From positions 49,168,001-49,232,000 of the forward strand of contig NC_087437.1 in NCBI RefSeq assembly GCF_036321535.1: a stretch of DNA of 64,000 bases, in the 5' to 3' direction. A model generated the notes under the pieces. It saw only the letters and a program-made list of their open reading frames with translations, made no database searches and was not told where the DNA came from. The stretch's first letter is position 1. Every line of letters starts with the position of its first letter. Shown piece by piece: positions 36,295-47,040 of the stretch. A program made the translations under genes and the position numbers. The DNA is from Camelus dromedarius. Lineage: Eukaryota.

Positions 36295-39200
36295 GTATAC
36301 GGTCTTCATTTTTTGTTCCCTTTCATTATTTTCTCTTTTAAATGGCCCACCTTTACTAAGGTACAAGCAGTCTCCTTGCAGGGAAAAAAAAGAAAAAGAA
36401 AACTATTTTGTTCAGGAAATAATTACCCCAAATTGGCAAAATTTTTTTGCAGCAATGTAAATTGTAGTCACATTAATGAGATCACATTTTACAGTGAAAG
36501 GTACTTTTAGGGAAGGCATGATAAAACATGCTCCATTTAAATCTGGAGCTTCTCCTGGAAATACATTGTAGGCTTCATTTGAATAAAATTTACGCTATGA
36601 ATCTGTTGCTTCTTACGGATTTTGAGAAAGTACCGTGTTCTTCCTGTCAGTGGCAGGCAGCATCTCTTTAATTTTTTTCCAATAATGTTGCAGTACTCCA
36701 GTACTCATTTTAAAGATAGATGGATTTTTTTTCTCTCATAAAGAAGAACCTTGTGGGGGAAAAAACGCTGGATGTGATTTCAAAAAATGTCAAAATATGT
36801 CAAACGCAGATACCACTCAAGGGTTTCATTAACTGAAGCTTTGGTGATAAGTGTCATCTTGTCAAAGACCCACCCATCTCTTCCAATACATTACCAAATG
36901 TACTAATTTCCTTGCCGAGCTTGATGTTTATTGTATAGCTGAAATTGAAAATGGTCGGTAATGGAGTGAGCTTCAATCCAAGACCAATTCTGAATCTAAA
37001 TTACTTGCTTCTTTCAATAGCATCGACAGAGGAGAGCTTTATGCACCTTGTACCTAATCAACCCTTACTGTGACCCTAAATTCAGCAGTCTTCAGAGATT
37101 AATAATAAAATCCTCAGTTCAAACAATTATTTGCCCTGAACAAGTTGCCCATTTCTTACGCTGAGAATGAAAGAATGTGACATTATTTTTTAAAAGCTCT
37201 GCATGTTGTGGCCCACCATTTATTTTTGATCTCTGACCCCCCCGCTGCAGCCTGATTGCAAATCCCACTTGCTTACTTGAATATTTTTGGGGGGACTGGG
37301 GGGGGGAGTTGAGAAGAGATTTCTTTGTTAGCATTTTAACATGCTTGTTCTCATTCCATATTCCCTTGTGTTCATGGTTTTCACAAAATAAATGAGGTAT
37401 ATTCTATCAATATATATTTCTAAAGTTTTTAATATAGATCTTTATTGATCATAGAAAGCATGACCTAATTCTGACTTTGTACAAAACTACTCAGAGTCTC
37501 TAGAAAATAAACATAAACTCTGGAAAAAATCAACTATATCTTTACTTTCTCAAATAAAAAAGCCAAATTCTGAGAATGTCTTTTTGGGACTCAGATCATA
37601 AATTATCCTTTAATGAAATGTTTTTCTCACTCCATCCCATTTGGTAGTGTAGTTTATAGCTCTTGAGTAAGATTTAGCTGAACAGCATCAAATTCTTTTA
37701 CTCATATTTACAATGAAAAATATTCCTTCATATTCAATGGCAGAGTTTTGTTTTGTTTTGTTTTTGATTTGCTATTTTCAACTTCCTTATGTACAATTAG
37801 TATTCACTAGTGTGGTTACAATGAAAGATAATATCCCTGCTCTTTGTAACCTTAAGGGGTTAGGGGGAAATTCTGAAAAAAGTAAAGGAAATATTTGGAC
37901 ACCCTAAATGGCTCCTTTGATTCATCAGCAAGAGTCAGTCCTATGCCCAGGAGCCTGCTGGGGGAGGGAAGAGACCCATGGTGCAGTGCCGCCCCAGAAA
38001 CTCTGCCTGACATTTGACATTGTCGCCATTTCCTCTGGCTGGCTGCTTTTGGAGGGGTACCCTCCCTAAGGACTGGTTGACAGAATGAGTGTCTCCAGAA
38101 GATTCTCCTGCCTTTTGAATGCATTTTTTATGCCCAACAGCAATAATAGCCATCTAAGTATTGATTATATAATATGTCTGCTGAGGTGGCAACTACATTA
38201 TTGTTGCAAGAGGCCAAGAGGTTTAGAAACTAGGTTATCTATGAACTCTCTCAGCCATTGAGCATTTCTTCCAGCAAGGGTCAATATACCAAGCTATCTT
38301 TGGACTTTATTTTACCTTATTCTGTGATTCCAACTGATGGATAATACAATGAGATGGCCAGCATGTTCCAAGTCCTTTGAAAACAGGCTCATGTTTATCA
38401 CGGAATAGGCATAATTTGTTCATTACCACAAGGGGACAGTAGTCTTATGGAGGTCTGATTCATGAGGAAGACTAGGAATTGCCCAGGGTGTTGCTGTATT
38501 AGGGCACCCAGATGCTAATTAGCAGCAGTGAATCGGTTAAGTAGACTTTGAAAGGCAGTCAGGAAATAATTTAATACTTTTCTTTCATCCAAAAAAAAAA
38601 AAATACAGTAGGTGGCATATAGTAAGTCTGCTGTGTATAGTAACAGCAATAAGGGCACTGAGCTTTTATTATAAACTGAATTACATCCCCTGTGTGGGGA
38701 CACTAGACAGCCTATCGTGTATTAAGAATTCAACTGAGATCACAAGCTTGCCTCACCTAAACCTTCTGTGATGTGATGAGAATGACTTTTGGTTACTGTA
38801 CATCAAAGAGGGTCTAGCAGGCTAAACAGTGATTGATCCATTCTCCTCTTTCAAGCCCTCTCTTCAAAAATAGCTTTAAAGCAATCATCTAATAAGTGTC
38901 AGAATAGAAGATAAAAAATGTTAGTACAAGCACTAGACATATATCTACACTAGCTAAATTTTCTGCAAGATGTTCAATGACTGAACAAGGTTTTTAGAGT
39001 AAATGCTATCATCTCGTAAGAGGGAAGAAGTAGTAAGTGTGCTGCCATTGACATGGAAACAATGCTGAGATTTAAAGTGATTTAAGGCAAAATACTGTGA
39101 TTTGTTCCACAGGCAGATAATTCTGTTAAGAAAATTTGGGAATAATCTTATTTATTATTTTTTATTATATATTACCACAAAATTTTTATTTTTATATATT

Positions 39201-39349
39201 ACCACAAAATCTGGTAAAGGGGTTGTCTTCTTGCTTATGCACACAGAAGCAATAGTATTTTCACAATAGTCATTCATGAAACTGCATTTATTAAGTTCCC
39301 TTCTAAGATGAAATGTTAGTTAAAAGGACCAGCCATGAGAGTGACCCAG

Positions 39350-39717
39350 TATGGTGGTCATTAGAGCCATTCCTAAATTGTGATTCTCATTCTCTTTCTC
39401 TTCCCTGACCATATGATTTGCTTTTGACAATGAAATGTGAGAGAGATAGTAACCTGCATCACATCTGTATGGAAGCCTTAAGAGCTAGCAGAGGATTTGC
39501 CACATGTTTATTTCCCTGTCTTGATGACTCTGGAAGCGTGAGTCAGGATGGAGCCTCCTTCAGTCTGGATCCTTGTCATTATTGTGGGCAGAACTTCCTG
39601 CTGACCTGCACTGGACATGAAGCATGAGCAAAAAATCAATCTGCATTATGTTAAGTCACTGAGATTTTTGGAGCTGTTTGTTACCACACCATAACCCAGC
39701 CTCTCCAGACAGATACA
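39350..39717 (+). mobile_element. MaLR solo LTR, MLT1J-like
   Basis: Ends gtcactgagatttttggagctgtttgttaccacaccataacccagcc..gataCA. Flanked by CCCAG and TCCAG (5-bp TSD with one mismatch). Confidence 0.85.
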
Positions 39718-40149
39718 TCCAGTGACGCTAAGTAACTTAATCCTTCCCTTAGGTCTCTGAGTAATGGAAAAGTGGTGTAGAGAAGGCATCATCATGGATC
39801 ATATGCCTCCATTTATCCAGGCAACAAAAATTTCTGAAGTATGTACTATGTGCCAGGCAGGGTATATGGGGATAATAAATAATTACTGATTGTAGTTTGA
39901 TGCATTATCCTTTGTCACCTCTTTGCTAAATCCCTGTGGAGTAGATGAGTAATAGAGCTCAAAGTGTTCACAGCTGTAACATAACTAATCAAGATAAAAA
40001 ATAATCTGGGATTAGTGATGTTTTGCCATTTTTTGAGTGAATGGGATTGTTTCAGAGGACTATTTGTTGGGGGAAAAATGGACTCACTTCAGAAAATCCT
40101 GACATTTACTACATTGGCCAAGAATCTGTAATTCTTAACCCCTGCAATC

Positions 40150-40500
40150 TAGCCATTCCCAACCACATCAGGCATTTCCCAAGTTGGTGCTCTTGTTCAG
40201 GCTGTGCTCTCTGCCTTGAACACTCTTCTTAGCTCCATCGTTCAAATATTTTCCTTTCTCTCCCTCCCCCCAGCATCAGGTACATACCTCTACTGAGCAT
40301 TTATTTCAGTCTGCTTTGCATTTTGATTATTGTTTAAATGATAAAGCTTTCTGTTGCAGGTTTCACTACCCACCCCCCTCCACCCTATAAAGGTTGTACA
40401 TTTACTGTGAGTAAATGATTTGTTTTATTCTGCTTTGTGTATCTCCAGTCTGACTCCCCTCCCCACAACTCAATACATGTTAAGTGATATTTGAATTGAT
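40150..40500 (+). mobile_element. L2 3' fragment
   Basis: ttgttcaggctgtgctctctgccttgaacactctt..ctttgtgtatctccagt..ctcaatacatgttaagtga. Confidence 0.55.
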
Positions 40501-41224
40501 TTGAGAAATTTGTTTGGGTGTGATCATGGATTTCTTAAAACAGATTGCAACTGCCCTGGTTTAGAATATTGAAGAAACAAAGAAACCCTTTCAGCTCTAA
40601 GAAGGGCAGTTGTGAAGCTGATACTTTTGGCTACTCTTAGGGGAATTAGTTCTCTCTTGGCCAAGGACCAAAGCCTGCCTCCTGAACACCCATCACACTT
40701 AGCTAATTTCCATTCTCCCCAGGGACCAAGACAGAAAGACAAAAGAGGAAGGAAGTAGGCATTTCAGAAGAATAACCCACCCACAAAGAGCCAGTTGAAA
40801 GGGAGAAATAAGGAGGGGAGGGGGGAACTGGTATTAAAAAAATTACCAAACGAATGCAGAATTTAAATTGCATTTCATTATCCATCTTCTCCTCATCATA
40901 GTGGTAACTTTCTTGTCTTGCTATCTTTCCCCAGGGTAAGTCCTGATTGCTCAAAGCTTGCTGCTACTGGAGCAGTGATCAGAAACACTCAGTGTTTGTG
41001 CCAAAAATGCCAAGCCACTATGTTCCGGCCATTTCTCTCCCCTTCTCATTTCTCCTTCCTCACTCAACCCCAGCATCCACCAGACAGGATGCTGCTCTTC
41101 CCTTAATATTTGATCCCCTGAGTACTAAATACGAAAGAAGGGCAGGTAGTTTTTCTCTCCTGGTTTCTCAGCCACTTTGACCTTTTCACCACACAGTTTC
41201 TAGCCTTTCATTCTTCAGCACAAT

Positions 41225-41460
41225 TGAGAAAAGCAATGAATGACTTTGGCTTCAAACAGATGGAGGATCTAATCCTCGTTCTCCCACACATTTGCCTTAA
41301 ATACCTCAGAATGTTACTCAACTATTTAGGCTGTTTCCTCGGCATGTAAAACAGAGTTAAGTACATCTGTGTAAAGTAATTATTCTATGGATGAGTGAGA
41401 TATGGTTGTAAAGTCATATAGTTGGTGCTCAGTAAATCTTACCGTTTTTATTATTAGTAA
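41225..41460 (+). mobile_element. MIR SINE
   Basis: gactttggcttcaaacaga..ctgtttcctcggcatgtaaaacagag..catatagttggtgctcagtaaat..ttattattag. Confidence 0.7.
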
Positions 41461-41524
41461 GTATTTTTCAGTATTTTTCTCTGTGATCTTTCCACTATGA
41501 TGATCTTGGCTGTGTCTTAATGAG

Positions 41525-42400
41525 CTTGTGTCTAGTATCACTCAGCCTCTCCTAAGTCACCCTTCTAAAACTAGAGATCAGAGTATGGCACCTTCACACA
41601 AACCTCTTCCACACCTCTGAAACTTTTTAAAACTTTCCAGTCATTCTTGGAGATCTATAAGAAAAAAATCTTAACCTAGTTTAACATACAAGAGGTACAG
41701 CTGTCTGGTGTCTGTATCCAGTCTCATTGCCCATTGTTCCCCAAATTGTAACTATGAAAGATCATTTCTCTAAGGAATCCCAAAGAATCATATCTCCCAG
41801 GGTCCACAAAATAGTGCCCTCCCATGTTGAGACTGAGTTTGGTCATATGACTTGCTTTGACCACTAGGACATCAGCACATGTCACCCAAATAGAAGCTTA
41901 ATAAGTGTTTATGCACTGGGACTTCCCTCCTTGAAACTCTGCTGGCACCATTTGAAGAAGTACAGCTTGGTCCAACCTCCTGAAAACAACTGGCTTCTTG
42001 GAAAGAGATGCTTAGCCATCTCAGATGTTCCAGCCTAGCCCATCCCAAACTGCCCTTCTACAGGAATGCAGCTACATGAATGCACTCAGCCAAAGCTAGC
42101 AGAAAAACCATCCAGCAACTCACATAATCATGAAGAACATTAAAGTACTCTTGTTTAAAGCCATGTTTCAGGGTAGGTTTTTACGCAGCTATAGATAACT
42201 GGTAACAGTGCCTTTTATCTCCAGAATAATGAGCAACTATAGTTCTCTGAAAACATTGGTTTTTGTCACATACCCATTCCTTTGCAAATGCTGTTTCTTG
42301 TGCTTGTAATGCCCTTCCTCTTGTCTAATACTCATTGTATCCCAGCTAATGCAATGGAGGCTGGCATATACTAAATGTTCAGTAAAGTGTCAGTGAATAC
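41525..42400 (+). mobile_element. L2 3' region split by an MLT1 LTR
   Basis: ttctaaaactagagatcagagtatggcacc before the LTR. After it, cctttgcaaatgctgtttcttgtgcttgtaatgcccttcc..ctggcatatactaaatgttcagtaaa. Confidence 0.65.
41747..42207 (+). mobile_element. MaLR solo LTR, MLT1G/H-group
   Basis: ggtcatatgacttgctttgaccact..aatgcagctacatgaatg..ttgtttaaagcca..ttacgcagctatagataactggtaaCA. Confidence 0.8.
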
Positions 42401-42599
42401 ACTTAAGATGTCAAAATATGCCACGAAACCTCCAAAAGTGTACCCTAAATCCACCATCGTTCTGATTGGAATCTTAGATAGAAATGTATCTGTGCTGCTG
42501 CTTTTGTGAAAGAAAATAATGATTAATATGCAACTACACACTGACATGCAAACAGCTACTGCAGAAAATGGCTTAGCTCAAAGAGAGAATTAGTTTTGA

Positions 42600-43310
42600 T
42601 AAAAATGAAACAAATTCGTTCACTACCTAGATAGCAACTTAAAAATTATGATATCCAGAGCTAACATATTTGCTGATGCAAGGGAAAATCGGGGTGAATT
42701 TTGATAGATGAATTATAGTGCCTGTATTAAGAACCGTAAAAAATATAGATTTTCTTTGATCCAGTAATTCCATTTCTGGCAGCCTAACACATGGAAATAA
42801 TCCAAAATACAGAAAAATAGGCACAGGAACATTGAGTCTGGCATTATTTATTTTGAAAAGTGTAAATAAGTTAAATTCTTATCACCAGGAACTTGACTCA
42901 AGCACTTTTGGTGCACTCATTTAGTGAACTGTCATGGGGATATTTAATAGCTATGATGTCCATCATGGGAAACATATAGAAGAGCAAATATTAAAAGAAA
43001 AAAATGTGGGGGAGGCTATAGCTCAGTGGTAGAGTGCATGCTTAGCATGCATGAGGTCCTAGGTTCAATCCTCATTACCTCCATCAAAAAAATAAATAAA
43101 CTTAATTACCTCCCCCCAAAAAACAAATAAATAGAAAAAAAAAAGAAAAGAAAGATTAAAGATACACAGTAACTGTATGTGCCTAATGGTGACAACAATA
43201 TAAAAATGTAAATGTAAAAATAATTACAGGGAGTTATGGATCATTTTTCCCCTTTCCCCACCCCAGATTTTATATAATCTTGCTATCTTATTTTTAGAAT
43301 TTAAATAGAA
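42600..43310 (+). mobile_element. Ancient L1 (L1ME-class) 3' fragment
   Basis: ctttgatccagtaattccatttctgg..ggaaataatccaaaatacagaaaaa and gggagttatggatcatttttccc; interrupted by a Vic-1 SINE. Confidence 0.65.
43008..43145 (+). mobile_element. Vic-1-type camelid SINE (tRNA-Ala derived)
   Basis: gggggaggctatagctcagtggtagagtgcatgcttagcatgcatgaggtcctaggttcaatcc..acctcca, then aaataaataaacttaattacctcccccc and an A tail. Same body as the 29503 copy; AAAAGAAAA on both flanks. Confidence 0.9.
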
Positions 43311-43889
43311 ATTGTAGAAGACAAAATAATATATGTGGTACTATAAAAACTATAGTATTATAGAAATAATTTTGATGCTGTCTTTTAATTTAATTCTCTA
43401 TCTGAGACTGACCCCTTGTAGTAATTGCTGTTACTTGACAGAATTCAGGAATCATGGTGTTCTGCCATCTGGTTTATGCCATCTCTTTAATCAATATTTA
43501 TGAATATACTTTGCAGGGGTTTTATGAGTCATCGTACCTTACAGAATTTTTTAATTAAGCCATTTTGTGATCATTACTGGTATTCATGCATTTTGTGAAC
43601 ATTAGTGACATTGCCTTTTGCATGGGGCAGTTACTATTGAGAAGGATTCCTCCTGATAGTGGGGACACTCTATGCCAGGATGGATTACATAGTCCACTTA
43701 AAAGAGCTGGATCCTGGAGAGGGCTGTCATCCCAGTCCCAGACACATGCCCAAAGAAAATCATGGGAGCAAGACTCATGATATGTTCCCCCAAACTTAGA
43801 CTCCTCCTGCAGTTTGGAAGACCTCCAAAATCTCTCTCTCAGCCATTAGGACTTTCATGAGGTTCAATCACAGACTTCCAGATATACTT

Positions 43890-44700
43890 CTACTGGCACC
43901 ATCTGCTTTCATCAAAACTCAGTACACCTAAAATGGCCTCATTTGATTCTTCTCCTGCCTTCCATGTTTCTCACTTCAGTACTCGCTTTCTGAGTCACGT
44001 AAGCTCCCCATTCAGAAAATTAATGATTTATCTCTCTCTTTCATATATGTGTATGAAGGTAGTAAGGCCAGTCAATTTTGATAATGCTTTTCAGATCAAA
44101 ACCCTTCCCTTTGCTTTTCCCTGCCTCCACACTTATTTAGGTTTTACCACTATTTCCAAAGAAAGCCTCCTAATTAGTCTCTCTTCCTCTACTCTTCTTC
44201 TTTGTCAGATCCCACTATTATATGAATACGTCTAGAGTAGTCATGCCTCTCCCCAAACACTCAAAAAATTTCAGCACATTCCTCATTGCCAGCTGGGTTA
44301 AATCAGCTGCAGCATTCATAGCTCTCCGTAATTTGGAGCCAATCTATTTTCCTAGCTTCATTCTCTCAAGGCTGCCACACTGCACACCTCTGAGGGCACC
44401 ATTTACATTATAAAATACATACACAGACCACACCTCCAGTAGGGTGTAACCATTTACCATAGTGTGCATGGTGCTCCCTGGAGCCCTGCCATGCACACAT
44501 GTGGATCTGTAACCCTATTCTCTTCTGTACCAATCAGACAAACACTATTCTCAAAAGGCCCCTTCAGTCTCTGCATCTTTGGACTGTCATTGCCTAGCAA
44601 AGTCTTGTCCATTCATTAATATCCCTTCTCCTGAAAATCTTTCCTGGTTTCCCCAACGCATTTCCTCCCTCCTGGTATCACTCTAATTGCATTTGTTAAG
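43890..44700 (+). mobile_element. L2 fragment containing MER91
   Basis: aaagcctcctaattagtctctcttcctctactct..atcatgcctctc-like..tctcctgaaaatctttcctgg is typical L2. Confidence 0.65.
44369..44515. mobile_element. MER91-like hAT-Tip100 MITE
   Basis: Palindromic arms cactgcacacctctgagggcaccatttacat ... gtgtgcatggtgctccctggag match MER91. Confidence 0.65.
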
Positions 44701-44704
44701 TGCA

Positions 44705-45125
44705 TGTACTGAGATAGGTCAGAATCAGACAGAGTAATTTTTAATTATTCCTCATTTCAGCACTATCTCCATGACCTTGGACAAGTTACTTTACTTCTCT
44801 AAGCACCATCTGCCTGTAAAATGGAGATAATATTACCCATTCCTAAAGAGTGTAGATAAGATTAAATGCTATCATAAATGTGATATAGCACATTTTGCAT
44901 GGTTCCCAGCACATCATAAATGCCCCACAAGTGTTAGTTATAGTGGAGGAGGTGGCAACTACTGCCAAAGAGATGGTCATGATTTTTATTTATTCTCCCA
45001 GCTGGGAAAGTGAGGCCTGGGGAGAAGGGTTGTATGCCAAGCTTTGCTATGTACAAGCTGTGAAGCCTTGAACAAGTTCTCTCTACCTTTCTGAACCTTG
45101 TTTTCCTCTCCAGTAAAATCATCAA
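44705..45125 (+). mobile_element. Two MIR SINEs (about 44705-44945 and 45005-45125)
   Basis: tgaccttggacaagttactttacttctctaagc..ctgtaaaatggagataata and ccttgaacaagttctctctacctttctgaacc..gtaaaat. Confidence 0.8.
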
Positions 45126-45579
45126 ATGACACAGTGGATAAAAAAATGCGTTGTCGACTAGGCATGTGCTGATGTTGCCACCTTACACTGACACTGGCAC
45201 ATTTGTAGGGTTTTCATTTACATCTTATTCCTCTCAGGGCCTTGCACTTGGTGTGGGTATATTCAGTCTACAGCTACACAGCCTACTGTGTATTTGAGCA
45301 AAACTTCGTATATGAGTCCAAAGAGTTATGGAATATCATTGTTATATGCTTTCAGAGTTTAAAGAGATTTTAGAGATTATTTACTTCAATGCCCCATCTC
45401 ACTATCACCTAAAATCATACCCAGTGTCATAAAGAGACTTAAGCAGCTGAACTCAATCTGTATCCAGTTTTTCAGGTGTTTTCCCCATCATTCTTAGTTG
45501 ATGACTCACATTAAGATCTCATAAATGAAAAAAAAGTATACATTTGAATATTATTAGCTTTAAATTAACCAAAAACTTA

Positions 45580-46660
45580 TTTGTTTTTTGATGCTGAGTT
45601 GTATGAGTTATTTATATGTTTTGGGTATTACCCCTTATTGGTCATATCATTTGAAAATATTTTCTCCCATTTGATAAGTTGTCTTTTTGTTTTGTCGATA
45701 GCTTCCTTTGCTGTGCAAAAGCTTTTAAGCTTAATTAGGTCCCATTTGTTTATTTTTGTTTCCTTTGCATTAGGAAACAGATCCAAAAAATATATTGCTG
45801 CAATGTATGTCAGAGTGTCATGCCTATGTTTTCTTCAAGGAGTTTTATGATTCTGGTCTTAAATTTAGGGTTTAATCATCTTGAGTTTGTTCTTGTATAT
45901 GCTGTGAGAAAATGTATTCTAATTTCATTCTTTTACATGTAGTTGTCCAGGTTCCCCAGTACCACTTACTAAGGAGACCTCATTGTATATTCTTACTCCT
46001 TTGTTGTTGCTTAATTAACCATAAGAGTGTGGCTTTATTTCTGGACTCTCTATTCAGCTCCATTGATCTATGTGTCTATTTTTGTGCCAGTACCATTCTT
46101 TTTTATTACTATAGCTTTGTAGTACAGTCTGAAGTTGGGGAATGTGATTCCTCCATCTCCATTCTTCCTTCTCTTTGTTTTGGCTATTCAAGTTCTTTTG
46201 TGTTTCCATACAAATTAAAAAAATTTTTGTCCCAGTTCTGTGGAAAATGCCATTGGTAATTTGATAGGGATGGCATTGAATCTGTAGATTGCCTTGGGTA
46301 GTACAGTCACTTTAATAATACTGATTCTTCCATTCAAAGAACACAGTGTATCTTTCCATCTGTATCGCTTTCAGTTTCTTTCATCAGTATATTATAGTTT
46401 TCCAAGTACAAGTTCTTTTATCTCCTTAGAAAGTATTTTATTATTTTTGATGCGATGGTAAATAGGATTGTTTCCTTAATTTCTCTTTCTGATATTTTGT
46501 TGTTAGTGTATTGAAATGTAACAGATTTCTCTACATTGATTTTGTATCCTGCAAATGTACTGAATTCATTGATGAACACTAGTAGTTTTCTGGTGACACC
46601 TTTAGAAATTTCTACATACAGCATTATATAATCTGCAAACAGTGGCAGTTTTACTTCTTT
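45580..46660 (-). mobile_element. Younger cetartiodactyl L1, internal ORF2 fragment
   Basis: ORF 46418..46624 gives the RT segment LLVFINEFSTFAGYKINVEKS. Collinear with the 22350-23200 copy. Confidence 0.92.
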
Positions 46661-46814
46661 TCATGTTCAAACTCTTAAAAATCCTTACTCCTACTTTTTA
46701 CCTGCTTGGTCCCATTAGGCTTTAGAGTTTACAACTTTGGCTTTAGTTAGTGTCACAGCCCCTATCTCACACTAGCGGACAGAAAAAGATCAAAGGAGAG
46801 AAATTTTAAGGAGG

Positions 46815-47040
46815 TAACAATAACAGTACTTACGGAGCTTTTGCCATGTATATGGACTGTGCTATTTTTCATGTCCTCACTGTTTGATCCTCACACATCA
46901 GGAACTAGTCTTATCACCATCTTATAGCTGAGGAGACTGTCGTTTATATGTTCGGTAACTGGTGCAAAGCTACAGTTCACGAGTGTTTATAATCCAGGTA
47001 TTTCTGCCTCCAGAGCCTACCGTTGGAACTGCTACACTGC
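46815..47040 (-). mobile_element. MIR SINE
   Basis: tttgatcctcacac..atcttatagctgaggagactg..ctgcctccagagcct matches antisense MIR. Confidence 0.75.

Noticed and set aside
36264..36330. T30 as the poly(A) tail of a minus-strand retrocopy
   Set aside because: No poly(A) signal upstream on the minus strand, no TSD and no recognisable body.
43008..43083. tRNA-Ala(AGC) gene (anticodon arm catgc-ttAGCat-gcatg)
   Set aside because: The acceptor and T stems are mismatched, and it runs straight into the Vic-1 tail and poly(A), so it is a SINE head. The 29503 copy also has a broken anticodon stem.
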